Shown here piece after piece: positions 27,620-36,258 of a stretch of DNA of 64,000 nucleotides. The notes under the pieces are model-generated. The model was not told where the DNA came from and did not search any database. It saw only the letters and a program-made list of their open reading frames with translations. Each line of letters begins with the position of its first letter. Within the stretch, counting starts at the first letter, position 1. Origin of the DNA: a virus (lineage: Duplodnaviria > Caudoviricetes). The stretch is from the IMG/VR virus record IMGVR_UViG_3300034108_000283, positions 32,001 to 96,000 of that record; one strand, 5' to 3'. The position numbers and the translations under genes were made by a program.

Positions 27620-27802
27620 TTATTCCCCTGTATTACTTTCCATTGCTGATACAGCAGCTTCAATACCTTCTTGAACATAAGCTCTATATGCTTTTAAATC
27701 AGATAGCTCATATAGTTCTTTAAATGTCTTACCTTCTGTTTCTAAGGTAGCAATTGCTTTATCTAGCGTTTCAGCTAAATCAAATAGTTGGTTTGCAGTC
27801 AT
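27620..27802 (-). CDS. First early cassette ORF (start MTANQL)
   Basis: Motif at 27821; terminator at 27607-27639. Confidence 0.7.
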   Translation of the reverse strand: MTANQLFDLAETLDKAIATLETEGKTFKELYELSDLKAYRAYVQEGIEAAVSAMESNTGE

Positions 27803-27839
27803 AGTTATTAGTTTCTCATACAATAGAAGTTGTGCTATA

Positions 27840-28120
27840 TACTGTCTTCTCTGTGTGTGTGGTTGTGCTGTTGGCTCGGTTGTCTCAGCACCCTCCCCCC
27901 TCTGTGTCATAGTCTTCTGCTCAGCTTTTGCATCTGTTGTCTCTGCTCTGTTCTGTCTCTGCTAGCATCCACACACTTTTCCTGTGTCAGAGTTTTTTAG
28001 ATTTTTTCCTAGATTCAGGCTTGCTCCCTCAGCTTCATAGGGGGTATGCCACTTTTTCTCAGAGCCCCGGGGGTTTTTGCTATATGCCCCATCTCACACT
28101 CTTATATAGTACAACTTAAT
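27840..28120. other. Non-coding divergence region, possible genome terminus, pac site or origin
   Basis: GC-richer, pyrimidine-skewed, many TCTG repeats, CCCCGGGG palindrome. Confidence 0.4.
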
Positions 28121-28133
28121 TATCTTAAAAAAA

Positions 28134-28164
28134 TTTGGTATGTTTAGAATTATGTATATATTTG
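28134..28164 (+). promoter_or_regulatory. Bacteroidota sigma-A promoter
   Basis: TTTG-N19-TATATTTG. Confidence 0.75.
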
Positions 28165-28167
28165 TTG

Positions 28168-28232
28168 AGCTAATAACTTTCATTTTAGGATTAATACTAA
28201 GAGCCCCGGAACTACAGTCTGGGGTTTTTTTA
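28168..28232 (+). ncRNA. Candidate small RNA 1
   Basis: Promoter followed by about 35 nt and a terminator GCCCCGGA/TCTGGGGT plus T-run; no ORF. Confidence 0.5.
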
Positions 28233-28261
28233 TTATATTATATATTATATATATTTGTATT

Positions 28262-28705
28262 ATGAAAAAGTATGACATGGGTAAGTATGTGCTCCTTGCC
28301 GGAGAAGATGCTACCAAGATATTTGACTACTATGATGTAGATGAGATGCACGGGTTGAACCGTAAAGATGCTCAGGCAGAAGAAGTAGATAAGACTGTAG
28401 GCAACGGGGTGTATATGTATGGGTGGACTAACTATGACCCTAATGATAAGAAGCTTACAACAAAAGCTCCACACAAACCATTCTTGTTTATTAACCTAGG
28501 TACATTTAAGAAGTACTCTATTACAGAGAAAGCTACCGCAGTTATGCATGAGACTATGCACATGAGTATCTTACTTAATAACTGGAACATCAAGGATAAA
28601 GAAGAAGAGGTTATTGGTTTTGCTGAAGAACAAGCTAACAAGATTATTGATATACTAGGGTTTGATAAGAAGGAGCAGCCTAAGAAAGGGTTCTTCAAAA
28701 AATAA
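28262..28705 (+). CDS. Putative Zn metallopeptidase (HExxH)
   Basis: VMHETMH...EE; TATATTTG at 28250 suggests a near-leaderless mRNA. Confidence 0.6.
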   Translation: MKKYDMGKYVLLAGEDATKIFDYYDVDEMHGLNRKDAQAEEVDKTVGNGVYMYGWTNYDPNDKKLTTKAPHKPFLFINLGTFKKYSITEKATAVMHETMHMSILLNNWNIKDKEEEVIGFAEEQANKIIDILGFDKKEQPKKGFFKK

Positions 28706-28708
28706 CAT

Positions 28709-29341
28709 ATGGCATATATAGAACATAACTTCTTTCCTCTCAAGGTATTTGTTAGGAATGAGTACATGTACCAACACCAAAAAGGTTTAGGAGAATTTAC
28801 CCCGGGGGTAATAGTATCAGTTAGATGTATGCCGGGACAAGCTGCATTGTTCCAGGTACTACTTGAGAATGGTGTACTTAGAGATAAGTTACCTAGTCAT
28901 GCTTTACTTACTGAACCAAAACTTCCAGATCCAGATCTACCATTTCATTATCTACAGATATGGAATTGCTTCTCATATAGATTTACTTTACTACATCTAT
29001 CATATGTATATGATACTAAAGTAGAAGTGTATATGAAGGACCATAAGTTTCACCCGGGTAGTTACTATGCTACTATTAACTGGGGAGCTAATGATTTTAA
29101 TACAGACCTGTCTCTAGCTGAAGATGCACTAGAGCATAAGAGTCACCATATCATATTATTAGATAATGGACAGATAGCATTGCAACCAAACAACAGAATC
29201 AAATGGTCAGAACCTAGCTTTGTTACTAAGCCTTTTCCAGAGAGACCGGATTATTTAGTTAATAAAGATTACTATAATTGTGAGGGATTTGACAAGTGGC
29301 ATACAGAAGATTCTGAAAGAATGTTTTATGATAATGAATAA
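28709..29341 (+). CDS. Conserved aquatic-phage hypothetical protein
   Basis: LP.HA...LQIWNCFSY...EHKS.H...LDNGQIA.QPNNR motifs. Confidence 0.7.
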   Translation: MAYIEHNFFPLKVFVRNEYMYQHQKGLGEFTPGVIVSVRCMPGQAALFQVLLENGVLRDKLPSHALLTEPKLPDPDLPFHYLQIWNCFSYRFTLLHLSYVYDTKVEVYMKDHKFHPGSYYATINWGANDFNTDLSLAEDALEHKSHHIILLDNGQIALQPNNRIKWSEPSFVTKPFPERPDYLVNKDYYNCEGFDKWHTEDSERMFYDNE

Positions 29342-29357
29342 TGTTGTATATTTGTAC

Positions 29358-29421
29358 AGTTCATAACATAACTTTTAATTGATTTAGCTGAAAGCCCTGG
29401 AAATTTTTTTCTGGGGTTTTT
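29358..29421 (+). ncRNA. Candidate small RNA 2
   Basis: TATATTTG at 29347, about 35 nt body, hairpin plus T-run at 29394-29421. Confidence 0.5.
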
Positions 29422-29493
29422 AGTTTAAATTAAAATAGTTTATATATTTGTGTCACCAACAAACCATGAGAGCAATAACTCCTAATTATTTAT

Positions 29494-29808
29494 TTGACTA
29501 TGACTGCCCAGCAAAAGCTGTTGTGGGAAAAGCTAACTAAAGAAGTTAGAGATGCCGGCATGGACAATCTCCGTGCCCGGGAGCTCTATGATGAACTAAG
29601 TAAATTATTAAATATGTCAGATAAAACATTGATATCTATTACAGAAAAAGAATCAGGACTAGAAGTTAGGATTCATGAAGAAGCATATGGTAATCTAGCT
29701 CTTATAGGTTTATTAGAAAAGATCAAGTTGAATATTTTAGATTCTCTTCCTGATGATAAAGAACTAGAAGAATCTAAAGCAACAACCAAGCAGAAATATG
29801 ATGCATAA
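29494..29808 (+). CDS. Hypothetical protein
   Basis: ORF track; TATATTTG at 29443. Confidence 0.55.
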   Translation: MTMTAQQKLLWEKLTKEVRDAGMDNLRARELYDELSKLLNMSDKTLISITEKESGLEVRIHEEAYGNLALIGLLEKIKLNILDSLPDDKELEESKATTKQKYDA

Positions 29809-29825
29809 TTTTTAAAACCAACAAT

Positions 29826-30110
29826 ATGTCAGAAGAAACAGTTTACCCAACACCTGGTAATATACAGGCTAATGAAACTAAGATAACTCCATTTGGATAT
29901 AAAATCTTAGGTATCAAAGAAGATGCGGAAGATACATCAGATGTTTATAAAGTAAAAGTATTAGCAGCAGAGATTGCTGAGATTATGAAGAAGAACTATG
30001 AAGCAGAAAGGGTACCCTTAAAGAGTCTCCTGTTTGATCACGCAGTAGGAGAAATTCTTAATGCATCTATGTCAGTAGTAAAAGTATTAACATTTAAAAA
30101 TGAGGAATGA
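29826..30110 (+). CDS. Acb2/Tad1-like helical-hairpin protein (possible nucleotide-signal sponge)
   Basis: FG...G......V.KVK...AE......LF..A..EI..A.M.VVK.LT pattern. Confidence 0.4.
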   Translation: MSEETVYPTPGNIQANETKITPFGYKILGIKEDAEDTSDVYKVKVLAAEIAEIMKKNYEAERVPLKSLLFDHAVGEILNASMSVVKVLTFKNEE

Positions 30111-30400
30111 GTAATTTTAAAAAACTAAGAGGCCGAGCTATATTGCTTAATGTGCCACAGAGAAAGAAGTCAGTTATTGAACTGTCTGCAAAAGATGAAG
30201 AAGCTATGATGCAAGAAGCAGCTAAACTTTGGAGCAAACTTGCTGTATATGCTATAGGAGATAAAGTAGAAGAAGTAGCTGTAGGTGATGAAGTGTATGT
30301 AAGAACAGGATCTCTAAACATGGAGACTGTTGAGAGAATAGAAATTGATGGTGAGATTAAACTTCTCCTTACTGAAGGTGATGTTGTTATAATCTGGTAG
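30107..30400 (+). CDS. GroES-like co-chaperonin
   Basis: L.G..ILL...V.AIGD.V..V.VGD.V...LL.E.DV. Confidence 0.65.
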   Translation: MSNFKKLRGRAILLNVPQRKKSVIELSAKDEEAMMQEAAKLWSKLAVYAIGDKVEEVAVGDEVYVRTGSLNMETVERIEIDGEIKLLLTEGDVVIIW

Positions 30401-30402
30401 TC

Positions 30403-30747
30403 ATGGATAAAAAGAAAACTCCGGTATCTCCTTATCCCGGCATGGCAGATGGAGTTATTGGTAGAAATACTAGCACTGTTACTTCCACTTTTGGACCTGG
30501 AAAAGATCTTACTGATAGAATAGTAAAACTATCTCCGGGACCAAGACCTGTATACTATGGTGGACAATCTAATCCTTATGAAGTATTTCAAGTACTTGAA
30601 GCTTGGGGTCTGGATAGAGACTTCTATTTAGGCAATGTCATTAAATATGTAGTAAGAGCTGGTAAAAAGAATCCGGGAGCATACAAAGAGGATCTGGAAA
30701 AAGCTATAGTATATCTCCAAAAGAGAATAGAAAGTTTGGATAAATAA
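30403..30747 (+). CDS. DUF3310 (SaV-like) protein
   Basis: P.YY...FYLGNVIKYVVRAGKK....EDLEKAIVYL. Confidence 0.85.
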   Translation: MDKKKTPVSPYPGMADGVIGRNTSTVTSTFGPGKDLTDRIVKLSPGPRPVYYGGQSNPYEVFQVLEAWGLDRDFYLGNVIKYVVRAGKKNPGAYKEDLEKAIVYLQKRIESLDK

Positions 30748-30765
30748 ATATTCTTTCTATATTTG
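30735..30765 (+). promoter_or_regulatory. Bacteroidota sigma-A promoter
   Basis: TTTG-N19-TATATTTG. Confidence 0.7.
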
Positions 30766-30770
30766 TCTAC

Positions 30771-30965
30771 ATGAAAGCTATTTTAGTAATATTGCTGATA
30801 GGTGTAATTGGAGTATGTTGGATAGTTGCCAATGCTTTTAATAAACCTGTACTTAATAAAATGAAAAACTATTATGAAGATGATATAGAAGGTAGACAGA
30901 TTGCTAATGCTTTAATAGGTGTTATGATTCTGCTGTCTTTTCTTATCGGATATATTGTTGCTTAA
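30771..30965 (+). CDS. Two-TM membrane protein
   Basis: Hydrophobic at both ends. Confidence 0.6.
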   Translation: MKAILVILLIGVIGVCWIVANAFNKPVLNKMKNYYEDDIEGRQIANALIGVMILLSFLIGYIVA

Positions 30966-31016
30966 CAACCTGTTATCTCCTTTTGCGCTAATCTTGTTAA
31001 CCTGTTAAGCAACTTA

Positions 31017-31047
31017 ATCCTCAGTTTTTTAACTGGGGATTTTTTTA
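31017..31047 (+). terminator. Intrinsic terminator
   Basis: ATCCTCAGTT/AACTGGGGAT plus T7. Confidence 0.75.
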
Positions 31048-31060
31048 TATCAAATATTTT

Positions 31061-31076
31061 TTGTATATTATAGTGT
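31061..31076 (+). promoter_or_regulatory. Putative late promoter TWGTATATTAWAG
   Basis: Same motif at 37971, 49801 and 60086, each ahead of a structural or lysis operon. Confidence 0.6.
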
Positions 31077-31097
31077 ATATTTATAAAAACAATAATC

Positions 31098-32072
31098 ATG
31101 GATATTTTAAATTTCATTTCTTGGATAAGAGGACGCAGACAAGTAACATCTGTTGATCCGGCTAAATCTCTATTACCAGTTGGTCTTAAGGACGGTAGAA
31201 GAGATGATGAATACTTAGCAGGTGCTATATCAGTAGAAGACTTTACAGCTCAAGTAGCTTCTGTAATTCCATCAGGTGCCCAAGGACCAATAGGCCCACA
31301 GGGTGTACCAGGACCAGTAGGTCCAGCAGGATTAAACTGGCAAGGTGCATGGTCTGCAGCAGGTACATATGTAGTTGATGATGCTGTAGGATATGGTGGA
31401 GCATCTTGGTTTTGTATTGCTAACGTAGGACCTTCAGCAACTACACCTAACTTAGATCCAACTAAATGGGCACTATTAGCATCACAAGGAGCTACAGGAC
31501 CCCAAGGACCTCAAGGTATTCAAGGAATACAAGGACCATCAGGATCAGGATTGCCAGGAACAGTAATAAGTCAAACACAGTGGTGGACAGGTGCTTCATG
31601 GGCACCATCTACAGGATTAAGCCATAATGGATTGGGTAATGTTGGTATTAATAACACACCAGCATTAACTTATAAATTATTCATTAATGCTAATACAGGA
31701 TTTGGTCAAACCATAAGAAATACAACAGTTAATGGAGGTATAACAAATCAATTACAAACAGCTACTGCAACTGTCAACTGGGGTTTAAATAATTCTACTC
31801 ATCCCTTTCCTAATTCATTTTTTTTGGCAAGAGCAGATGCATCAGTAATGAAGTTTATGACAAGTAATGTTGATAGACTTATTATTCAAGGTAACGGTCA
31901 AGTAACAATAGGACAATCATTAGCAACAAACACTGATGCAAATTTTGTAGTTAAAAACAATGACATAGAAGTTGAAGAAATAGGTAAAGGTGTTATATTA
32001 TCTTCTCCTAATGGCACAAGATATAGAATAACTGTATCAGATCTTGGTGTATTAAGTACAACTGCTGTATAA
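31098..32072 (+). CDS. Fibre protein with collagen-like repeats (MDILN family 1)
   Basis: GxY repeats flanking a W.G.W....Y...D.V module. Confidence 0.75.
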   Translation: MDILNFISWIRGRRQVTSVDPAKSLLPVGLKDGRRDDEYLAGAISVEDFTAQVASVIPSGAQGPIGPQGVPGPVGPAGLNWQGAWSAAGTYVVDDAVGYGGASWFCIANVGPSATTPNLDPTKWALLASQGATGPQGPQGIQGIQGPSGSGLPGTVISQTQWWTGASWAPSTGLSHNGLGNVGINNTPALTYKLFINANTGFGQTIRNTTVNGGITNQLQTATATVNWGLNNSTHPFPNSFFLARADASVMKFMTSNVDRLIIQGNGQVTIGQSLATNTDANFVVKNNDIEVEEIGKGVILSSPNGTRYRITVSDLGVLSTTAV

Positions 32073-32088
32073 TTAAAAATAAATTATC

Positions 32089-32718
32089 ATGGATATACTT
32101 AATTTTATATCTTGGGTTAGAGGTGGTAGAAAAGTTACTACAGTAGACCCTGCAAAAACATTACTTCCTGTAGGTCTTAAAGATGGCCGCAGAGATGATG
32201 ATTATCTTGCAGGAGCAATAACTGTGGAAGACTTTGCTAACTTAGTAGGAGATCCTTCTGTAACTTTTGTTGAAGGTTCCCTTGAACCAGCTGTTCAAGC
32301 TACTATGACTGCAATAGGAGGAACTATTACAACATCTAATAGTGGTGCATATAAAAAATATAGAATACAAGGAAAAGCAAGAGTTACTGGTTCTGCAACT
32401 TATGCATTATTAATTGGTGTGGTATCTGGTTCTGATGAGCTATTAAGAGTTAGAGAAGACTCTGTTATTCTTGCTGATGATACAAATGTATATGATACTG
32501 TTGCTTCTGCCATGGCAAGAACTGTTTTAGTAGCAGATACTAGTGGTAATTTAATTTCAACAACATCTACTTTTATAGCAGATGATAATACAATTAGTGC
32601 CCCAGAAGATCATTGGTTTACATTAGTAATGACAGCAGGTGCAACTTTTGATGCAACAGTAATAATTGATTTTACAATAGCTGTACCTATATCATTAACA
32701 GTAGAATTTTTTAATTAA
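32089..32718 (+). CDS. Putative virion fibre/decoration protein (MDILN family 2)
   Basis: Shared N-terminal domain of about 50 aa. Confidence 0.7.
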   Translation: MDILNFISWVRGGRKVTTVDPAKTLLPVGLKDGRRDDDYLAGAITVEDFANLVGDPSVTFVEGSLEPAVQATMTAIGGTITTSNSGAYKKYRIQGKARVTGSATYALLIGVVSGSDELLRVREDSVILADDTNVYDTVASAMARTVLVADTSGNLISTTSTFIADDNTISAPEDHWFTLVMTAGATFDATVIIDFTIAVPISLTVEFFN

Positions 32719-32848
32719 AATATATATTATGAAAAATAATAGTTTAACAGCATATCTAGAAAAAAAATATGGTAGAGATTCTGGAAAAATTATAAGTAAT
32801 TATAATAGTCAGAAACAAAAATATGTTCAACAAGGTAAAAAATAAATC

Positions 32849-33400
32849 ATGGATATTTTAAATTGGCTGTATACTAAAGCAGCAGGTCTAGTAAAGACCA
32901 AAGCAAATGATCCTAACACAGATCTAATAGCATTAGGTGCTAATGTAGGATTTAACAGAAGAGATGATCAGTATCAGACTTATGGAATGACTCTTAAAAA
33001 CTGTGTGCAATCAGGTTGCACGGGTAACACTAAGCATTATGAGTTAAATATTACAGCTACTAATGTAGTAACAGTAGATACTCCCCGTGGTATTATTGAT
33101 ATTACTGGTATGGGTTCATCTGTTCCTTTAACCCCTGCGTTAGCTTATGGTAGTTCAGTAGGTTTCTTAATTAATAACCCAGATCTAGATCTTAGTATAG
33201 CAAACAGAGATAATATATATTTACAGTATTCTGTATATTACAAAAACACTATAACTGATAATGCTATTCCATATTTAATATCTACAGGAGTTGCAAATGG
33301 ATTAGAGTTTAATCTTTATAATGCTAACCCTACATTAGCTGGTGCTAATAACTGGGATGGTGATTTGTATGTTTACTATGAACTATACACACTTAAATAG
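32849..33400 (+). CDS. Putative virion protein (MDILN family 3)
   Basis: Diverged shared N-terminus MDILNW...RRDDQY. Confidence 0.65.
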   Translation: MDILNWLYTKAAGLVKTKANDPNTDLIALGANVGFNRRDDQYQTYGMTLKNCVQSGCTGNTKHYELNITATNVVTVDTPRGIIDITGMGSSVPLTPALAYGSSVGFLINNPDLDLSIANRDNIYLQYSVYYKNTITDNAIPYLISTGVANGLEFNLYNANPTLAGANNWDGDLYVYYELYTLK

Positions 33401-33452
33401 TACCTGTATTTTCAGATGGTGCAAATTGGGTATTAGGATAAAATAAATAATC

Positions 33453-34370
33453 ATGGATATTCTAAACTTTATTTCTTGGATTAAAGGCAGGAGACAAGTT
33501 ACTACTGTTGATGCCGCTAAGACTCTTATACCCGTAGGTTTAAAAGATGGACGTAGAGATGATGAGTATATTGCTGGTGCCATTACAGTAGAAGACTTTG
33601 TAGCACAATATGGTACTGGTCCGCAAGGACCTCCAGGGATTCCAGGAGCCAATGGTGCTCCAGGTATACAAGGTCCTATTGGACCTCAAGGCGTTCCTGG
33701 ACCGGTGGGACCCGCAGGTCTTACATGGCAAGGTCTATGGTCAGCAGCTACAATATATGCAGATAATGATTCAGTATCTTTTGGAGGAGCTAGTTATTTC
33801 TGTTATAATCCTGCAGGTGTAGGACCATCAGCTCTAAATCCAACTGTAGATACAGCTAACTGGGCTTTATTAGCAGCAGAAGGCGCAACAGGTCCCCAAG
33901 GCCCACAGGGTATAGCTGGATCAGGATCACCAAGTTTTGCATCATCAGGTTTGTTTACTACTAATAGTCTTACAAATGATCAGTTGACATCAATACTAAT
34001 TCCAGCAAATACTTTTTCTGGAAATGAAGGTTTATCTTTTTCTGCACAATTTATTAAAGATCAACCGACTATAGCTACAACAACATATTATATAAACACT
34101 AGTAATACATTATCAGGAGCTACATTATTAGCTACATTTACTTCACTAAGTACATCAAGGTATATGGGTATAGTTAGAACAATGTATATTGATGGTTCAT
34201 CTACATATGTTTTTAATGTATCTGCCAGTAGCAATTCTGATAATGCTGTAAGCAATGTGGCACCATCAACAGTAACAATAGATTGGACACAAAATCAATA
34301 CTTAATTGTTGCAGGAAGAGTAGATAATGCATTATATGCTTTAACATGCAGAGGAGTAAGAATTTATTAA
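33453..34370 (+). CDS. Collagen-like fibre protein (MDILN family 4)
   Basis: Shared N-terminus and GxY repeats. Confidence 0.75.
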   Translation: MDILNFISWIKGRRQVTTVDAAKTLIPVGLKDGRRDDEYIAGAITVEDFVAQYGTGPQGPPGIPGANGAPGIQGPIGPQGVPGPVGPAGLTWQGLWSAATIYADNDSVSFGGASYFCYNPAGVGPSALNPTVDTANWALLAAEGATGPQGPQGIAGSGSPSFASSGLFTTNSLTNDQLTSILIPANTFSGNEGLSFSAQFIKDQPTIATTTYYINTSNTLSGATLLATFTSLSTSRYMGIVRTMYIDGSSTYVFNVSASSNSDNAVSNVAPSTVTIDWTQNQYLIVAGRVDNALYALTCRGVRIY

Positions 34371-34380
34371 AACTAAAATT

Positions 34381-34992
34381 ATGTCAATAGGAAATTTAAA
34401 AGATTACGGTAATAAAGGTAATAACCTACCATATCAGTGGAGAGTATTACAAGGTTTACAAGAGATAGCTAATCAAACAGCACAACCATTAACTTGTGTA
34501 GAAGATTCAATAGCTATTTGCGCAGGTGGTAATTTATTAACAAGTACCACAATTGGTGCTGATATAGGCTTAGATGTAAATATCATAGGAGGTGTAACAT
34601 TAGAAGTAAATTTAGATGCAGCTAATGATCAAGTAGGTATTTATGGTTATGTAAATGGTGCATCTGGTTCTCCAGTTCCTTTAAATGTAAATGCTACAGG
34701 TCAAGTTGCTATTCAAGATGGAGGTAATTCTATTACGGTTGATGGTGGTACTGGTGTTCAAAGAACTCCTAATTTTCTTAGACCTACTGGAACATCTGGA
34801 ACTGTAACTGCTGGTGCATATTCAGTATCTTTTGCAAGTGTTGGAACTGCTAATGCTATTGTTGGTGGTATTACTTTAAAGACAGGAGAAACATTGAACT
34901 TTGATGCCGGAGCCATTAATAATACATTAGCTGCTATTACTTATGATACAACAACTGCCGGAGCTGAGTTAATAATTATAACTCTTACATAA
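34381..34992 (+). CDS. Putative structural protein
   Basis: MSIGNLKDYGNKGNN.P.Q N-terminus; Gly/Thr-rich. Confidence 0.6.
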   Translation: MSIGNLKDYGNKGNNLPYQWRVLQGLQEIANQTAQPLTCVEDSIAICAGGNLLTSTTIGADIGLDVNIIGGVTLEVNLDAANDQVGIYGYVNGASGSPVPLNVNATGQVAIQDGGNSITVDGGTGVQRTPNFLRPTGTSGTVTAGAYSVSFASVGTANAIVGGITLKTGETLNFDAGAINNTLAAITYDTTTAGAELIIITLT

Positions 34993-36242
34993 TGGCTACT
35001 ATAGTATCTACTTCCAGCATATCTAATCAATCAATATTGGCTAATGACCCAATGTTGGGGGATGCATTTGGTAGATTAAGAGTATCAAATCCATTAACAC
35101 TATTTGATTCTTCACATAGATACCGAGATAATGGTTTATGGGCTACATCTACAGCAAGTGGAGGAGCAGCTGTGTTTAGTGCAAATGAAGGTTTAGTAAA
35201 CCTAAATGTAAATACAACAAGTGGTTCACAAGTTCTTAGGGAAACATTTAAAGTGATGTCATATCAACCAGGTAAGTCTTTACTTGTAATGAACACATTT
35301 GTAATGGCTCCTGCTCAAACTAATCTTAGACAAAGAGTAGGTTACTTTGGTACAAATAATGGGCTTTACTTACAGCTTAATAATTCTACTTTAAGTTTTG
35401 TAGAAAGAAGTTTAGTTACAGGTGTAGTTACAGAATCAGTAGTTAATCAAGCTTCTTGGAATGCTGATCCATTAGATGGTAATGGTCCATCAGGAATAAC
35501 TTTAGATATTACTAAGGCTCAGATTTTATTCATGGATATTGAGTGGTTAGGAGAAGGTACTGTAAGATTAGGTTTTGTTATTGATGGTAACTTCATTGTA
35601 TGCCATAGATTTAATCATGCTAACTTAATTACATCTACTTATATTACTACAGCTTCATTACCACTTAGATATGAGATAACTAATACAGGAGTAACAGCTA
35701 GTCCAAGTACATTAAAACAAGTTTGTTCTACTGCAATATCTGAAGGTGGTTATGAACTTAGAGGGGCGCAACAAGCTATTGGTACTCCAATACTCACTCC
35801 AAGAACTTTTGCAGTAGCAGGGACATTTTATCCTATTGTAGGAATAAGACTTAAAGCTACTACATTAGATGCTGTTGTTATTCTTACTGCTGTATCTTTG
35901 TTAGGATTAGGTAATGGTAAAAACTATGCATGGAGAGTTTTAAATGGGACTGCAATAACGGGAGGGGCTTGGACTCCTGCTTCAGCTGATTCCTCAGTAG
36001 AATATAATCTTACAGGTACATCAACTACAGGTGGTAGAGTATTAGCACAAGGATATATAAATTCATCCAATCAAGGTTCTCCAAGTATGGATATACTAAA
36101 AGAAGCTTTATTTGCAGCTCAACTAGAAAGAAATACTTTTACAGGAGTAGCATTTGAAATAGTAATTGAAATGGCTATTGATGCTACAGGAGGAACTTTA
36201 GGAGCTTATGCTTCAGTAGATTGGGAAGAAATAAGTAGATAA
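34992..36242 (+). CDS. Putative virion structural/tail protein
   Basis: DAFGRLRVS.P.TLFDS...YQPGKS...EWLG.G.VR.GF family seen in aquatic phages. Confidence 0.65.
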   Translation: MATIVSTSSISNQSILANDPMLGDAFGRLRVSNPLTLFDSSHRYRDNGLWATSTASGGAAVFSANEGLVNLNVNTTSGSQVLRETFKVMSYQPGKSLLVMNTFVMAPAQTNLRQRVGYFGTNNGLYLQLNNSTLSFVERSLVTGVVTESVVNQASWNADPLDGNGPSGITLDITKAQILFMDIEWLGEGTVRLGFVIDGNFIVCHRFNHANLITSTYITTASLPLRYEITNTGVTASPSTLKQVCSTAISEGGYELRGAQQAIGTPILTPRTFAVAGTFYPIVGIRLKATTLDAVVILTAVSLLGLGNGKNYAWRVLNGTAITGGAWTPASADSSVEYNLTGTSTTGGRVLAQGYINSSNQGSPSMDILKEALFAAQLERNTFTGVAFEIVIEMAIDATGGTLGAYASVDWEEISR

Positions 36243-36258
36243 ATAAAACATATTAATA

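Larger units (their letters stand above)
24281..27832 (-). promoter_or_regulatory. 14 copies of putative phage early promoter CARCTTYTATTK
   Basis: Plus-strand starts at 24281, 24834, 25117, 25578, 25773, 26081, 26335, 26570, 26757, 27012, 27240, 27507, 27589 and 27821; mostly 17-19 nt upstream of an ATG. Confidence 0.8.

Noticed and set aside
24281-27832. Repeat array as a CRISPR or integron attC array
   Set aside because: Repeats are only 12 bp, degenerate and non-palindromic, separated by 80-550 bp units containing ORFs; no cas gene or integrase is seen
27803-28119. N-terminal extension of ORF 27620-27910 and ORF 27928-28119
   Set aside because: The extension runs through the promoter motif and low-complexity DNA; the cassette pattern places the real start at 27802
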